Source: an uncultured Saprospiraceae bacterium
GTDB lineage: Bacteria > Bacteroidota > Bacteroidia > Chitinophagales > Saprospiraceae
Direction of reading: 5' to 3'
Assembly (NCBI GenBank): GCA_964530825.1
Contig: CAZHCA010000008.1
Coordinates: forward strand, 27,229 to 91,228
Length of the DNA: 64,000 nt
This document shows, one piece after another, positions 35,471 to 45,602 of the stretch (position 1 is the first letter of the stretch; every line of letters begins with the position of its first letter). The notes below the pieces were generated by a model, which was given only the letters and a program-made list of their open reading frames with translations, ran no database searches and was not told the origin of the DNA. The position numbers and the translations under genes are program-made.

Positions 35471-36487
35471 CTAATTAAAAGACGGCTCGGCGCTGTAGCG
35501 CTCTACAAAAGCTTTCATCTCGTCGACCATTCCCGGTGAGCCGATCGCGATCGTGGATCGCTGGTGCAGATGGGATACATCTTGCTCCAGGATGCGCTTG
35601 AGCTGGCAGGAAATGCTGTGCCCACCAGCTTGCTCAACGATATACGACAAGGGATTACACTCGTAAACCAGGCGCAATTTTCCCAGTGGATACTTGCGCG
35701 TATTGGGATACAGGAAAATCCCGCCCTGGAACAATATCCGGTGGATATCCGAGACCATAGACCCGATGTAGCGCAAACGCAGATTGAGATCGGAGCAATG
35801 GTCGATATAGCGGCGCATTTCTACATCGAATTTCAGGTAGTAGCCCTGATTGACCGAATAGTAATTCCCCCGGTCCGGAATCTGAATATCGGTATGCGAA
35901 AGGCAGAACTCTCCGATAGAGGGGTCAAGGGTGAACCCGTTCACCCCGCGTCCGGTAGTGTAGACCAGCAAGGTGGAGGTACCGTAGAGCACATAGCCGG
36001 CGGCCACCAGTTCGGTGCCTTTTTGAATGAAGTCCTCCAATTGGCAGGGGCCATCCGGTGAGCTTACCCGCCGGTAAATCCCGAAAATGGTACCCACCGA
36101 TACATTTACGTCGATGTTAGACGAACCGTCGAGCGGGTCAAACACAACGACGTATTTCGACGTTTTGGACGCTACCGAAGGTATGGGGATAAAATCTTCG
36201 TTTTCCTCACTGGCCACTCCGCAGCACTCACCGCTATTTTTCAGGCAATCGATAAATTTATCGTTGGCGTACAGGTCGAGCTTCTGCACCTGCTCGCCCG
36301 AGGCATTCTGGTTGGCATCGGCCACGCCGAGGATATTGACCAGGCCGGCTTTGTTGACCTCGCGGTTTACGATCTTGGCAGCTACGCCGATATCGCGCAG
36401 CAGACTCGTGAGCTCCCCGGAGGCGTATGGGAAATCTTTTTGTCGTCGGATAATGAATTCGTCGAGCGTAACGATACGGTTGTTCAT
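35471..36487 (-). CDS. fbp: Fructose-1,6-bisphosphatase class 1
   Basis: DPLDGSSNIDVNVSVGTIFGIY and RYIGSMVSDIHR. ATG at 36487 (TTG at 36496 also in frame). Confidence 0.9.
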   Translation of the reverse strand: MNNRIVTLDEFIIRRQKDFPYASGELTSLLRDIGVAAKIVNREVNKAGLVNILGVADANQNASGEQVQKLDLYANDKFIDCLKNSGECCGVASEENEDFIPIPSVASKTSKYVVVFDPLDGSSNIDVNVSVGTIFGIYRRVSSPDGPCQLEDFIQKGTELVAAGYVLYGTSTLLVYTTGRGVNGFTLDPSIGEFCLSHTDIQIPDRGNYYSVNQGYYLKFDVEMRRYIDHCSDLNLRLRYIGSMVSDIHRILFQGGIFLYPNTRKYPLGKLRLVYECNPLSYIVEQAGGHSISCQLKRILEQDVSHLHQRSTIAIGSPGMVDEMKAFVERYSAEPSFN

Positions 36488-36809
36488 GTCCAGCAATTAA
36501 AGAGCGAATAATTTGGTTTGAATGCTGTTGGATTCGGACAAATAGATGGGAATTTTAACGGTTACATTCAATATAGCGTATTTTACGCATTTGAGAAACC
36601 GTAGCGGGGTGTTCGTTTCGGGTATTTCATACCGGCTTAAACCTAATCTAGAACCACCATCCTGTTTTTAGAGAACAGACGGTAGCTGTATCAGATGGAT
36701 GCGGGGACCGCTGTAATTTGTCAAGCCCGTGATTTTTAGGGACCGTCGGCGGCTAGTACCCAGATGGACTTCTCCGAAACGACCAATATTACGAATCAGG
36801 CTTACGCAC

Positions 36810-38573
36810 CTATTTCGAGAGTTCGAACTCCACCCGACGGTTAATTTCCCGGCCCTGTGGGGTATCGTTTTCGGCAATGGGTTTTTCTTCGCCAAAGCCT
36901 TCGTAGGTAATGCGATCGGGATCGATACCCCGCTCGATCAAGTATTCGTAGCAAGCTTTAGCGCGTTGCTCCGATAACTGTTTATTGTAGCGGGCGCTAC
37001 CCGAATTATCGGTATGACCCATGATGCGCAGGGAGCGGTCCGGGTTTTTTTCCATGATGGTCCGCACCTGATCCAACAAGATAAAAGAGGACTCGTCGAG
37101 CACTGTGCTGTTGGTTTCGAAGAGAATTTTTTGTCCGCGCAGGTCGAGAACGGTACTTTCTTCGGACAGTTCCGGACAGCCGCTGGTCGCCGGTGGGCCG
37201 GCCAGGGTGGGGCATTCATCCTCATTATCGGCTACGCCGTCCTCATCGCGGTCGGGGCAACCCTGGGTCGCTTCGGTACCGCGGAAGTTAGGGCAGCGGT
37301 CGCGGCTGTCGATGATACCGTCGCCATCCGTATCGGTACGGTCGGGGCACCCATTGAGGCTAGGAATGCCCGCCTCATCGGGGCATTCGTCTTCATTATC
37401 GTAAAGGCCATCGCCATCCGTATCGGGGCATCCTTCGGGGCCGGGAGCATCGGGACAAGGGTCATCGCCATCGGGGATGCTATCGCCGTCACGGTCGGGG
37501 CACCCGCCTAGCTCGATCAGGCCGGCTACTGTGGGGCACAAATCATCTTTATCGGCTACACCGTCGTCGTCCTGGTCGGGATAGGGGCATCCCTCGTTTT
37601 CGAGGGGGCCGGCTTTGTCGGCACAGGCGTCGTCGGGGTCGGCAATACCATCGTTATCGCTATCGGGGCATCCTTTGAGTTCAGGCAGGCCGGCGACTTC
37701 GGGGCATTGATCGAATACATCACCTAATCCGTCGCCGTCTGCGTCGGCCGGTAGTACATCGGAGGGCGAGGTCACCCCCAGCGAATAGGTGATAAAGGCG
37801 CCCCCCATAGCATACCAATCATTATTTTCTCCCTGTACGGATCCATCGAGCTCATCCGAATTGGTTGGGCGCACCCCAAAATCAACACCGGCGGTCCAGT
37901 TGCGGTGGAAATCGACTTTTAAACCTACGCCCAGAGGAAAAGCCAGGTAAGAGCCCGGATCTGTCGGTACCGTTTCTGTATTGCCATCGTTATCTACAAT
38001 TTTGACCTCTGGGTCGACCAAGACCCCGCCGAAGCCGGCAAAAACGTAAGGCGACCAGCGCGTACGGAACCGGTCTTCGATCAGCTTGCCGGTCGGATCA
38101 AAAACACTCAGGTTGCCAAATTTATCGTACACCATGCGGTTGCCGGCTGAGTCTAACCCAACGAAGTAGCCCTGCTGAGGGGTCAGTGGATTACCGTATT
38201 GATCGTAAACGGCCTCGGTGGTTCGCTTATTGAAAACAAAAGCCTGAGCCGTTTCATCATAAAGGGTTAGTTTGCGTTGGTTGAAGGGGTGCCACTCTAC
38301 GACCAGAGATAACTCGGTAATGGAGCTTTCGAAGGATTCATTGCCGACCTCACCCTCCAGATTGCCGAAAATAAAGTTGGTTCGGGCTGCAAAAGCAGGG
38401 CTAAACTGGTAGCGACCAATAATGCCGTAAGCCGGGCTGAAGGGGCCAATATCTCCGTCTATGAGGTCGCCACTCAGGCTGGCAGCTCCTAGAAATCCGC
38501 CGACTTCCAGCCGCTGGGCGCAGAGTGATCCCGCCAGCAAAAGGGCAATTAGGATAAACAGTTGTTTCATCAT
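36810..38573 (-). CDS. OmpA-family outer-membrane protein with thrombospondin type-3 (Ca-binding) repeats
   Basis: Signal peptide. Repeated DxDxDGxxDxxDxCP units (about 37160-37730). C-terminal OmpA domain GHTDNSGSARYNKQLSEQRA. Confidence 0.9.
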   Translation of the reverse strand: MMKQLFILIALLLAGSLCAQRLEVGGFLGAASLSGDLIDGDIGPFSPAYGIIGRYQFSPAFAARTNFIFGNLEGEVGNESFESSITELSLVVEWHPFNQRKLTLYDETAQAFVFNKRTTEAVYDQYGNPLTPQQGYFVGLDSAGNRMVYDKFGNLSVFDPTGKLIEDRFRTRWSPYVFAGFGGVLVDPEVKIVDNDGNTETVPTDPGSYLAFPLGVGLKVDFHRNWTAGVDFGVRPTNSDELDGSVQGENNDWYAMGGAFITYSLGVTSPSDVLPADADGDGLGDVFDQCPEVAGLPELKGCPDSDNDGIADPDDACADKAGPLENEGCPYPDQDDDGVADKDDLCPTVAGLIELGGCPDRDGDSIPDGDDPCPDAPGPEGCPDTDGDGLYDNEDECPDEAGIPSLNGCPDRTDTDGDGIIDSRDRCPNFRGTEATQGCPDRDEDGVADNEDECPTLAGPPATSGCPELSEESTVLDLRGQKILFETNSTVLDESSFILLDQVRTIMEKNPDRSLRIMGHTDNSGSARYNKQLSEQRAKACYEYLIERGIDPDRITYEGFGEEKPIAENDTPQGREINRRVEFELSK

Positions 38574-38772
38574 GGCATAAAGGGTTAACGTTTGGTTGAA
38601 TAGGGCCGGAGAAGGCCTAGTGGCAATGAAAAGGGGTAGATCTTATTGCAGGGTAAAATAGCGATAAATTGAGGAGATTCCAAGCAGGTCTTTTTTTGCT
38701 CCTTATGGGAGAAAGGTTACCGGCAAGTGCTTAATGACTTGTTAAACGAAGGATAAAGCGTATTTTTCGGGC

Positions 38773-39504
38773 ATGAAAGTAGATATCCTTGCATTCGGTG
38801 TTCACCCCGACGATATCGAACTGAGTTGCAGCGGTACATTACTGGCGCATATTGCCCAGGGGTATTCCGTGGGCCTCTGCGACCTTACCCGGGGTGAACT
38901 CGGCACGCGCGGCACCCCGGAAATACGCGACCAGGAAGCCGCTGAGGCGGGCCGAATGATGGGGGCGGCTTTTCGAGTAAACCTGGGCATGGCGGATGGT
39001 TTTTTCCGCAATACATCCGAGAACGTCCGGGCAATTGTTCAGGTTATTCGCACCCATCAGCCTACGATTATACTGGCCAATTCTGTGTCGGACCGCCACC
39101 CCGACCATGGCCGGGCCGCTCAATTGGTGCGCGAGGCAGCGTTTTATGCCGGGCTGATAAAAATTGAAACCCAAGGACCCGACGGGAATACCCAGGATCG
39201 CTGGCGACCGGTGGCAGTATATCACTACATTCAGGACTACAACCTTACCCCGGACTTCATTGTCGACATATCCGGCTATATCGATCGCAAGATGGAACTC
39301 GTGCTGGCCTTTCGGAGCCAGTTTTACCAGGATGCCGATGACACCTATGCGCGAGAGTTGGATACGCCTATTTCTTCCAGGGGGTTCCTCGATTTCCTAC
39401 GCGCCAAAGCTGCCACATATGGTCGAACGGCAGGATTTGATTATGGCGAAGGTTTTGTAGCCGCCCGGACGCCCGGAGTGACCGATTTGATGCACCTGGC
39501 CTGA
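38773..39504 (+). CDS. bshB1: Bacillithiol biosynthesis deacetylase BshB1 (LmbE/PIG-L family)
   Basis: ILAFGVHPDDIELSCSGTL...DLTRGELGTRG. Confidence 0.85.
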   Translation: MKVDILAFGVHPDDIELSCSGTLLAHIAQGYSVGLCDLTRGELGTRGTPEIRDQEAAEAGRMMGAAFRVNLGMADGFFRNTSENVRAIVQVIRTHQPTIILANSVSDRHPDHGRAAQLVREAAFYAGLIKIETQGPDGNTQDRWRPVAVYHYIQDYNLTPDFIVDISGYIDRKMELVLAFRSQFYQDADDTYARELDTPISSRGFLDFLRAKAATYGRTAGFDYGEGFVAARTPGVTDLMHLA

Positions 39505-39505
39505 T

Positions 39506-39898
39506 TCATTTACCCTCTAGGGCTTCGGTGTACTGGACTTCGCCAAGGCGGAATTTAATGGGGAAACGGGTCACTTTTTCCAGTTGTATCTCCAGACGGC
39601 AGAAAAAGGCGAGCTGATCGACGTACTGCCGGCTGAACCAGGATGAATCGGTTGCCGATAAAAAACGAGTCGACCCTGCTAAGCGGTCGCTCCCGGTTTG
39701 GTGGAGCCCAGGCAAAGATGCCTGCAGGTAGCGGTTATGGATCATACTCGGGGCGACCGGCAAGAGGGGATCCCTACTTTCGCTTCGCAATTCCGGAATC
39801 GATTTGCCGGTAATTGCCCATGCGGGTTGCTGGGCGAGCAGGCTGGTGCCCAACAGACAAAAGATCGATACGACGAACCATCCCAGCCAATTACCCAT
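39506..39898 (-). CDS. Hypothetical secreted protein
   Basis: Signal-like N-terminus WLGWFVVSIFCLLGTSLLAQ. The ATG at 39898 overlaps the upstream stop by 8 nt. Confidence 0.5.
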   Translation of the reverse strand: MGNWLGWFVVSIFCLLGTSLLAQQPAWAITGKSIPELRSESRDPLLPVAPSMIHNRYLQASLPGLHQTGSDRLAGSTRFLSATDSSWFSRQYVDQLAFFCRLEIQLEKVTRFPIKFRLGEVQYTEALEGK

Positions 39899-41042
39899 TC
39901 GATTGCTTTTTTGCTTTCTTACTTCCCTGATAAAGTTTAAACCCGTGAAATTTACAGGGAATGGCGCCATTGTACAAATGTAGTTTACGGGATGTCCGTA
40001 AGCCGACCTGTTTGAGGGCAGTCTGGTGGCCCGAAAAGATCCAGGCCTGGTAGCCCGCAAAGTGTTGTTTCAACTGGTCGCCAATATGTTGGTAGAAAGC
40101 TTCGATATCCTGCTCTGGCATGCGCTCGTCATAAGGCGGATTCATGATGATCCAACCGGGGGGAACATCCGGTTGCAGATCTTCGAATGCCCGCTGCTCA
40201 ATATTGACCCATTGATCTAATTGGGCGTGGTCCCGATTTTCCCGGGCGATTTGCACAGCGCGTCGGTCGCGATCGTAGCCCAGAATGGGAAAACCCGGGT
40301 CGTGCCGGCGGGCCAGCATATCTTTTCGTACAGTGCTCCAGCGACCGGCATTGTATTCGGGCCATTGCATGAAGCCGAATTTCTTCCATTGCCACTGGGG
40401 CGGGATATTCCGCGCCATCAAAGCAGCTTCGATGAGCAGGGTTCCCGATCCACACATCGGATCAATAAATGTCCGGTCAGCGGGCCATCCGGACAAGGCG
40501 ATCAGGCCGGCCGCCAGTACCTCATTCAACGGTGCGCTAACCTTGCGCTGCCGGTAGCCGCGCTTGTGCAGGGAGTCGCCGGAACTATCGAGCGAAATGG
40601 TGACCTGATCCTCCTGGACGTGTACGTGCAGGCGCAGGTCGGGGTTGTCTACATCAACGCTGGGTCGCTGACCGAAGTGCGCACGAAATTGATCGGCAAT
40701 GGCGTCTTTCGTTTTCAGGGCCACGTATTTGTCATGGTTAAAAAAACGGGAGTTGACGGTGGCGTCGATCGCAAAGGTTTGGCGGAGTCGAAGATAGGGC
40801 CGCCAGTCGACCTCTTGTACGAGGCGATACAGCCCTTTTTCATGGCGGGCTGTTCCGTAGTGCAAAGGACGCAGCACGCGCAAGGCGGTACGAAGCCCCA
40901 AATTGGCGCGGTACACAAAATCCAGATCACCCCGGCACTGGACCATGCGCCGTCCGGGACGGATATCTTTACCCCCCAATCGCCGAATCTCTTCGGCGAG
41001 GACTGGCTCCAGTTGCGCAAAGGTTTTTATCGTAAGTTCCAA
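39891..41042 (-). CDS. THUMP-domain class I SAM-dependent RNA methyltransferase (RlmK/L-like)
   Basis: DPMCGSGTLLIEA and IIMNPPYDERM. Confidence 0.85.
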   Translation of the reverse strand: MELTIKTFAQLEPVLAEEIRRLGGKDIRPGRRMVQCRGDLDFVYRANLGLRTALRVLRPLHYGTARHEKGLYRLVQEVDWRPYLRLRQTFAIDATVNSRFFNHDKYVALKTKDAIADQFRAHFGQRPSVDVDNPDLRLHVHVQEDQVTISLDSSGDSLHKRGYRQRKVSAPLNEVLAAGLIALSGWPADRTFIDPMCGSGTLLIEAALMARNIPPQWQWKKFGFMQWPEYNAGRWSTVRKDMLARRHDPGFPILGYDRDRRAVQIARENRDHAQLDQWVNIEQRAFEDLQPDVPPGWIIMNPPYDERMPEQDIEAFYQHIGDQLKQHFAGYQAWIFSGHQTALKQVGLRTSRKLHLYNGAIPCKFHGFKLYQGSKKAKKQSNG

Positions 41043-41055
41043 AGAGGTTCGTTTT

Positions 41056-42774
41056 TTACGGCATAGTCCAGCCCATCAAGCTTTCAACGATGGCGCGGCT
41101 GTTGGGCCGACGCATGTTCAGGGCAGCGGGTCGGAGTGTTCCGGTTAAGAATCGGATGGCCGGTTCGGTCCAGACCCGGCTCGTATCGTCGCTGTAGTGG
41201 TACATCAGCGCAATCTGGTAGATGCGGGTCAAGTACCCGAACAGGGGCGCTGCCGTAGACTCTGAGACCTCCCGTTCTTGGTCCGGCAATTGAGCGATCA
41301 GGCTCTTTATGTTCTGGAGCAAGGATACGAAGAAATGCCGGTCCTTTTGGTCGGCAGCGGTCAGCATTTGCCGGATGTCCTTAATGATTGCGTCCAGGCC
41401 GTCGGATTTTTGGGTCGCGCGCAGCATGTCGAGGACAATAATGTTGCCAGCTCCTTCCCAGATAGGCAACACCATGGCATCGCGCATGAGTTTAGGGAGT
41501 ACGCCATCTTCAATATAGCCCATGCCCCCCATCAGCTCCATACATTCCCGAATGACATAAACACCGGTTTCAGCGCTCGATTTCTTTACCATGGGTGTCA
41601 GGAGGCGCAGTCGGTGGCGGGCTGTTTCATCACCGCCGTCGGCCTGGTCGAGCGTTTCGATGGTCCGCCAGGTCAGGTAGGTTTCGGCCAGAGAGCGGGC
41701 GCCGATTTCGGTTAGTTTATCCCGGATAAGGGCGTGTTCGAGGGCTGATTTACCGAACGTCCGGCGGTAGGTCAGGAACTGGTAAGCTTCGACCAGCGCA
41801 CGTCGCATGGCCGCAGTGGCCGCCACGGCATTATACAAGCGGGAGAGGTTGATCATGTCGGTCATAATACGGAACCCATTGCCCTCATCGCCCACCCGCT
41901 TACCCAGAGTTTTCTGGAGCAGGATCTCGGCGCTGGCCATAGAGCGCACGCCCAGCTTGTCTTTCAGACGTACGATATGCATCGGGTTGCGCCTACCGTC
42001 GGGGAGGTTCGGCTCGATCAGGAAGATAGAAAGCCCGCGGGTACCCGGTCTGCTGTTTTCGGTGCGCGCCAGTGCAAAAATGATTTCTGCATTAGCGTTA
42101 CTGCAGAACCACTTTTCACCGGTAAGGCGATAATATCCATCGCGATTGGGCGTGGCCATCACCAGGTTGGCGCCCACATCGGAGCCGCCGGCCTTTTCGG
42201 TTAAAAACATGGCGCCGGTGTACAGCTGCCGGTGATCCTGCGTGTAAATGCGGGGCAGCAATCGCTCGCGGTCTGAATCGGTACAGTACCGGTCGATGAG
42301 CCGTGCGGCGCCGTCGGTCATGCAGAGGGGGCAATAGAGGCCGCTTTCGCTCATGGCATAGAGAAAGCCCGGTCCGAACCCCATCCGGTGGCGCTCCTCT
42401 CCGAAGCGCTGGCGCAGCTCTGGGGCCCATTTGACATAAAACATTCCGGAATCTACAGCGATGCGCGTGAGCGCCTCGTAAGCCGGGTGGAAGTGGATCT
42501 CGTCGATGTCTTCGCCCAGCCAGTTGCGCTTCACCAGGGTAGGGCCGTTTTTATCGGCTGCTAAAGAGAGGGCGTTCATCGGCCCGGCAGCTTGTTCGCC
42601 AGTAAAGTGCAAATAGTCCTGCAAAAACGACAGGCCTTCCTGACTGAGGAGGCGCCACAGCAAGTGCTGCAAGATGCGATCGCTCCGGTAAAAGTTGGTG
42701 CTGGGCCGGTAGTCGCCCGACAAGACCTGATTTTTTTGTTGCGTTTGGTATTCGGCTTCCATGGTGGTCGTCAT
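41056..42774 (-). CDS. Acyl-CoA dehydrogenase family protein (AidB-like)
   Basis: TEKAGGSDVG, KWFCSNA, and a C-terminal ACAD helical domain. Confidence 0.85.
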   Translation of the reverse strand: MTTTMEAEYQTQQKNQVLSGDYRPSTNFYRSDRILQHLLWRLLSQEGLSFLQDYLHFTGEQAAGPMNALSLAADKNGPTLVKRNWLGEDIDEIHFHPAYEALTRIAVDSGMFYVKWAPELRQRFGEERHRMGFGPGFLYAMSESGLYCPLCMTDGAARLIDRYCTDSDRERLLPRIYTQDHRQLYTGAMFLTEKAGGSDVGANLVMATPNRDGYYRLTGEKWFCSNANAEIIFALARTENSRPGTRGLSIFLIEPNLPDGRRNPMHIVRLKDKLGVRSMASAEILLQKTLGKRVGDEGNGFRIMTDMINLSRLYNAVAATAAMRRALVEAYQFLTYRRTFGKSALEHALIRDKLTEIGARSLAETYLTWRTIETLDQADGGDETARHRLRLLTPMVKKSSAETGVYVIRECMELMGGMGYIEDGVLPKLMRDAMVLPIWEGAGNIIVLDMLRATQKSDGLDAIIKDIRQMLTAADQKDRHFFVSLLQNIKSLIAQLPDQEREVSESTAAPLFGYLTRIYQIALMYHYSDDTSRVWTEPAIRFLTGTLRPAALNMRRPNSRAIVESLMGWTMP

Positions 42775-42780
42775 TTGTTG

Positions 42781-43815
42781 CTAATCTTGGCTTTGCGCTT
42801 CCTTCCAAGAACCGCGTAATTGGATCTGTATACTGTCTTTGGGTCGGTTTTTTTGCTTTTTTACGCGGGTACGCAGCTGCCAGGAGCGCAGGCCTAAAGC
42901 CGCCAGCTCCTGATTCAATACTTTTTCTATTTGTCTACCCCGATCTTTGTCGTCGGTGTGAATGATCAATTTAGCCTCTAAATTCGGAAAAGCAAAGAGC
43001 GCCTCGGTCAGGGCAAATAAAGCCGGATTGGCGTAGTGCAGCGTGCCCTGTTTGCGGTAGAAGGTTGCTTTTGGAAAAAAGGTCGGAGCGACCAATTCCA
43101 GGTTTTGGAAGAAAGTCTGCAGACTGCTTTCCAACTGTTCTTTTGACTGAGTAAATAATTTGGGTATCTGCTCGACCTGCGGGCGTTGGGCGCTTGGCGG
43201 TAGTTGCAGAATCGGGCTTACGCCATCGACGAGTAGATTGCCGCCGTAGGGCTTTGCGTTTTCTTTGAAATAGGCTTCCAAAAAGAGGTAATCAATTTGC
43301 GTTTGGGGGTGCAGGGTGAATTCGTAGACTTGCCAGTCGGGGTGGTCGACGGTTGGGCTGCGGGCTAGCAGTGCTTCCTCTTCGCAGTGCCGTTGGCCGC
43401 CCCATATTCGCAGGCAGGCCGGCCGGTTGTAGTTCATAGGTTCTTCCGTAATCCGGCTGCGGCTGCGGTAGGTCTCCGACCGCGCCAGCGCCATACTGAT
43501 CCAGTACGTTTTGCCTGCCTCCAGGGGGGCGGCTAACTGCTGGCCAAGCCGCTCCCAGGTACCATTATCGCGAACCACCAGGCCTACGTAAGTGAATCCG
43601 TGGAAAGCACGGGTCCGTACGCCAAAGCTGCCTGCTGGGTGAATGTCCGGAGGCGTTTCCAGCGGCGAGCCGCAAAAATACCACGAAGTCGGCGGGCGGC
43701 CGCTTTGAGGCTCATCCTCAAAGGATGGATTACGCAAAGGGTGGACCTCCTCGTTTTGAACAGCGAGCATCCCGGCCAGCAAAGGCCAGTACCAGCAATA
43801 CCACGGAAAGCACAT
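42781..43815 (-). CDS. Hypothetical secreted protein
   Basis: Long clean ORF. N-terminal jelly-roll-like NPSFEDEP... Confidence 0.55.
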   Translation of the reverse strand: MCFPWYCWYWPLLAGMLAVQNEEVHPLRNPSFEDEPQSGRPPTSWYFCGSPLETPPDIHPAGSFGVRTRAFHGFTYVGLVVRDNGTWERLGQQLAAPLEAGKTYWISMALARSETYRSRSRITEEPMNYNRPACLRIWGGQRHCEEEALLARSPTVDHPDWQVYEFTLHPQTQIDYLFLEAYFKENAKPYGGNLLVDGVSPILQLPPSAQRPQVEQIPKLFTQSKEQLESSLQTFFQNLELVAPTFFPKATFYRKQGTLHYANPALFALTEALFAFPNLEAKLIIHTDDKDRGRQIEKVLNQELAALGLRSWQLRTRVKKQKNRPKDSIQIQLRGSWKEAQSQD

Positions 43816-43860
43816 AGATCAGACGGTTTTCAAAAAAGCAATCAGCGGCGACCGTTCCGG

Positions 43861-45495
43861 CTAGGTCTGCAGGACCCCTACGTTAAAGGGGGCTACTTCG
43901 GCCCGGTTGGCCGCTTCGATACCCATAGTGATCATCTGGCGGGTCGCTAAAGGATCGATAATGGCATCTACCCAGAGGCGTGCGGCGGCGTAGTAAGGTG
44001 TAGTCTGGGTCTCGTACCGGTTCGTGATTTCGTCGAGCAGTTCCTTTTCCTCTTCGGGCGTAATTTCTTTCCCCTTACTCTTGAGGGAAGCGACTTGAAT
44101 CTGCAGCAGTGTCTTTGCGGCCTGCGCGCCCCCCATAACTGCAATTTTAGCTGTAGGCCAGGCGGCAATCAGACGCGGATCGTAGGCCTTGCCGCACATG
44201 GCGTAATTGCCGGCCCCGTAAGAATTACCGATCACGATGCTGAACTTCGGCACAGTAGAATTAGAAACGGCATTAACCATCTTTGCGCCGTCTTTGATGA
44301 TACCGCCGTGCTCAGAACGCGTGCCTACCATAAAGCCGGTAACATCGTGGAGGAAGACCAGCGGAATTTTCTTTTGGTTGCAGTTCATGATGAAACGTGC
44401 CGCCTTATCGGCCGAGTCGGAGTAGATTACGCCGCCGAACTGCATTTCCCCTTTGGCGTTTTTGACCAGCCTGCGATTATTGACGATAATTCCGACCGAC
44501 CAGCCGTCGATGCGGGCATAGGCGCAGATGATAGTCTTGCCGTATCCTTCTTTATAATAAGTCAGTTCGGAGCGGTCGACCAGGCGCTCCAGCAACTCGA
44601 TCGTATCGTAGGGTTTGGTCCGGTCCTCGGGGATGAGACGGTAGATCTCTTGCGGATCCTTCGCAGGCGGTGCGGGCTCGGCACGGTCGAAGCCGGTTTC
44701 CCGGGAGTGCCCGATCTTGTCCATCAGGTCCTTGATGGTGTCCAGGCAGGTAGGGTCGTCCGGTACCTTGTAGTCGGTAATGCCGGAGATTTCCGACTGG
44801 GTGGTGGCCCCGCCCAGCGTTTCTTTATCGACGTCTTCGCCGATGGCGGCTTTGACCAGGTAGGGACCGGCAAGAAAGATGCTACCCGTACCGTCGACGA
44901 TCAGGGACTCGTCGGACATGATCGGCAGGTAGGCGCCCCCGGCGACGCAGCTGCCCATAATGGCTGCAATTTGCGGGATGCCTTTACTGGAAAGCACCGC
45001 ATTGTTGCGGAAAATACGACCGAAGTGTTCTTTATCGGGGAAGATCTCGTCTTGCATGGGTAAGAATACTCCCGCACTGTCGACCAGGTAAATAATTGGG
45101 AGGTGGTTTTCGAGGGCGATCTCCTGGGCCCGCAGGTTTTTCTTGCCGGTAATGGGAAACCAGGCGCCCGCCTTAACGGTTGCATCATTGGCGACTACGA
45201 TGCACTGGCGACCCCGCACGTATCCGATCACCACCACTACGCCGCCCGAGGGGCAACCGCCGTAGTCTTCGTACATGCCGTATCCTGCAAAAGCACCTAC
45301 CTCAAATTGGGCTTTATCCGCATCGAGCAGGTAGGCGATACGCTCGCGGGCCGTCATTTTGCCCTGCCCGTGCAGCTTGGCGATCTTCTTTTCGCCCCCG
45401 CCGAGGTGGATCTTATCGAGGAGTTGCCGTGTACGAGACAACAGCAATTTCATGTTGTCTTCGTTCTTGTTCTTTTCTAGATCCTGCTTGGTCAT
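43861..45495 (-). CDS. Acyl-CoA carboxylase beta subunit / carboxyltransferase (methylcrotonoyl- or propionyl-CoA type)
   Basis: HGQGKMTARERI, GGAYLPIMSD, GNSYGAGNYAM. Confidence 0.9.
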   Translation of the reverse strand: MTKQDLEKNKNEDNMKLLLSRTRQLLDKIHLGGGEKKIAKLHGQGKMTARERIAYLLDADKAQFEVGAFAGYGMYEDYGGCPSGGVVVVIGYVRGRQCIVVANDATVKAGAWFPITGKKNLRAQEIALENHLPIIYLVDSAGVFLPMQDEIFPDKEHFGRIFRNNAVLSSKGIPQIAAIMGSCVAGGAYLPIMSDESLIVDGTGSIFLAGPYLVKAAIGEDVDKETLGGATTQSEISGITDYKVPDDPTCLDTIKDLMDKIGHSRETGFDRAEPAPPAKDPQEIYRLIPEDRTKPYDTIELLERLVDRSELTYYKEGYGKTIICAYARIDGWSVGIIVNNRRLVKNAKGEMQFGGVIYSDSADKAARFIMNCNQKKIPLVFLHDVTGFMVGTRSEHGGIIKDGAKMVNAVSNSTVPKFSIVIGNSYGAGNYAMCGKAYDPRLIAAWPTAKIAVMGGAQAAKTLLQIQVASLKSKGKEITPEEEKELLDEITNRYETQTTPYYAAARLWVDAIIDPLATRQMITMGIEAANRAEVAPFNVGVLQT

Positions 45496-45602
45496 TTTGG
45501 TAAGGGTTTGCTTGGGCGGGAAAATACGAAATTCGCCTGCCAATCCCACGGCCAGCTTATCAGATGGTTTGCGATTTGGTTTGAATTGCGTGCCGGCGCG
45601 TA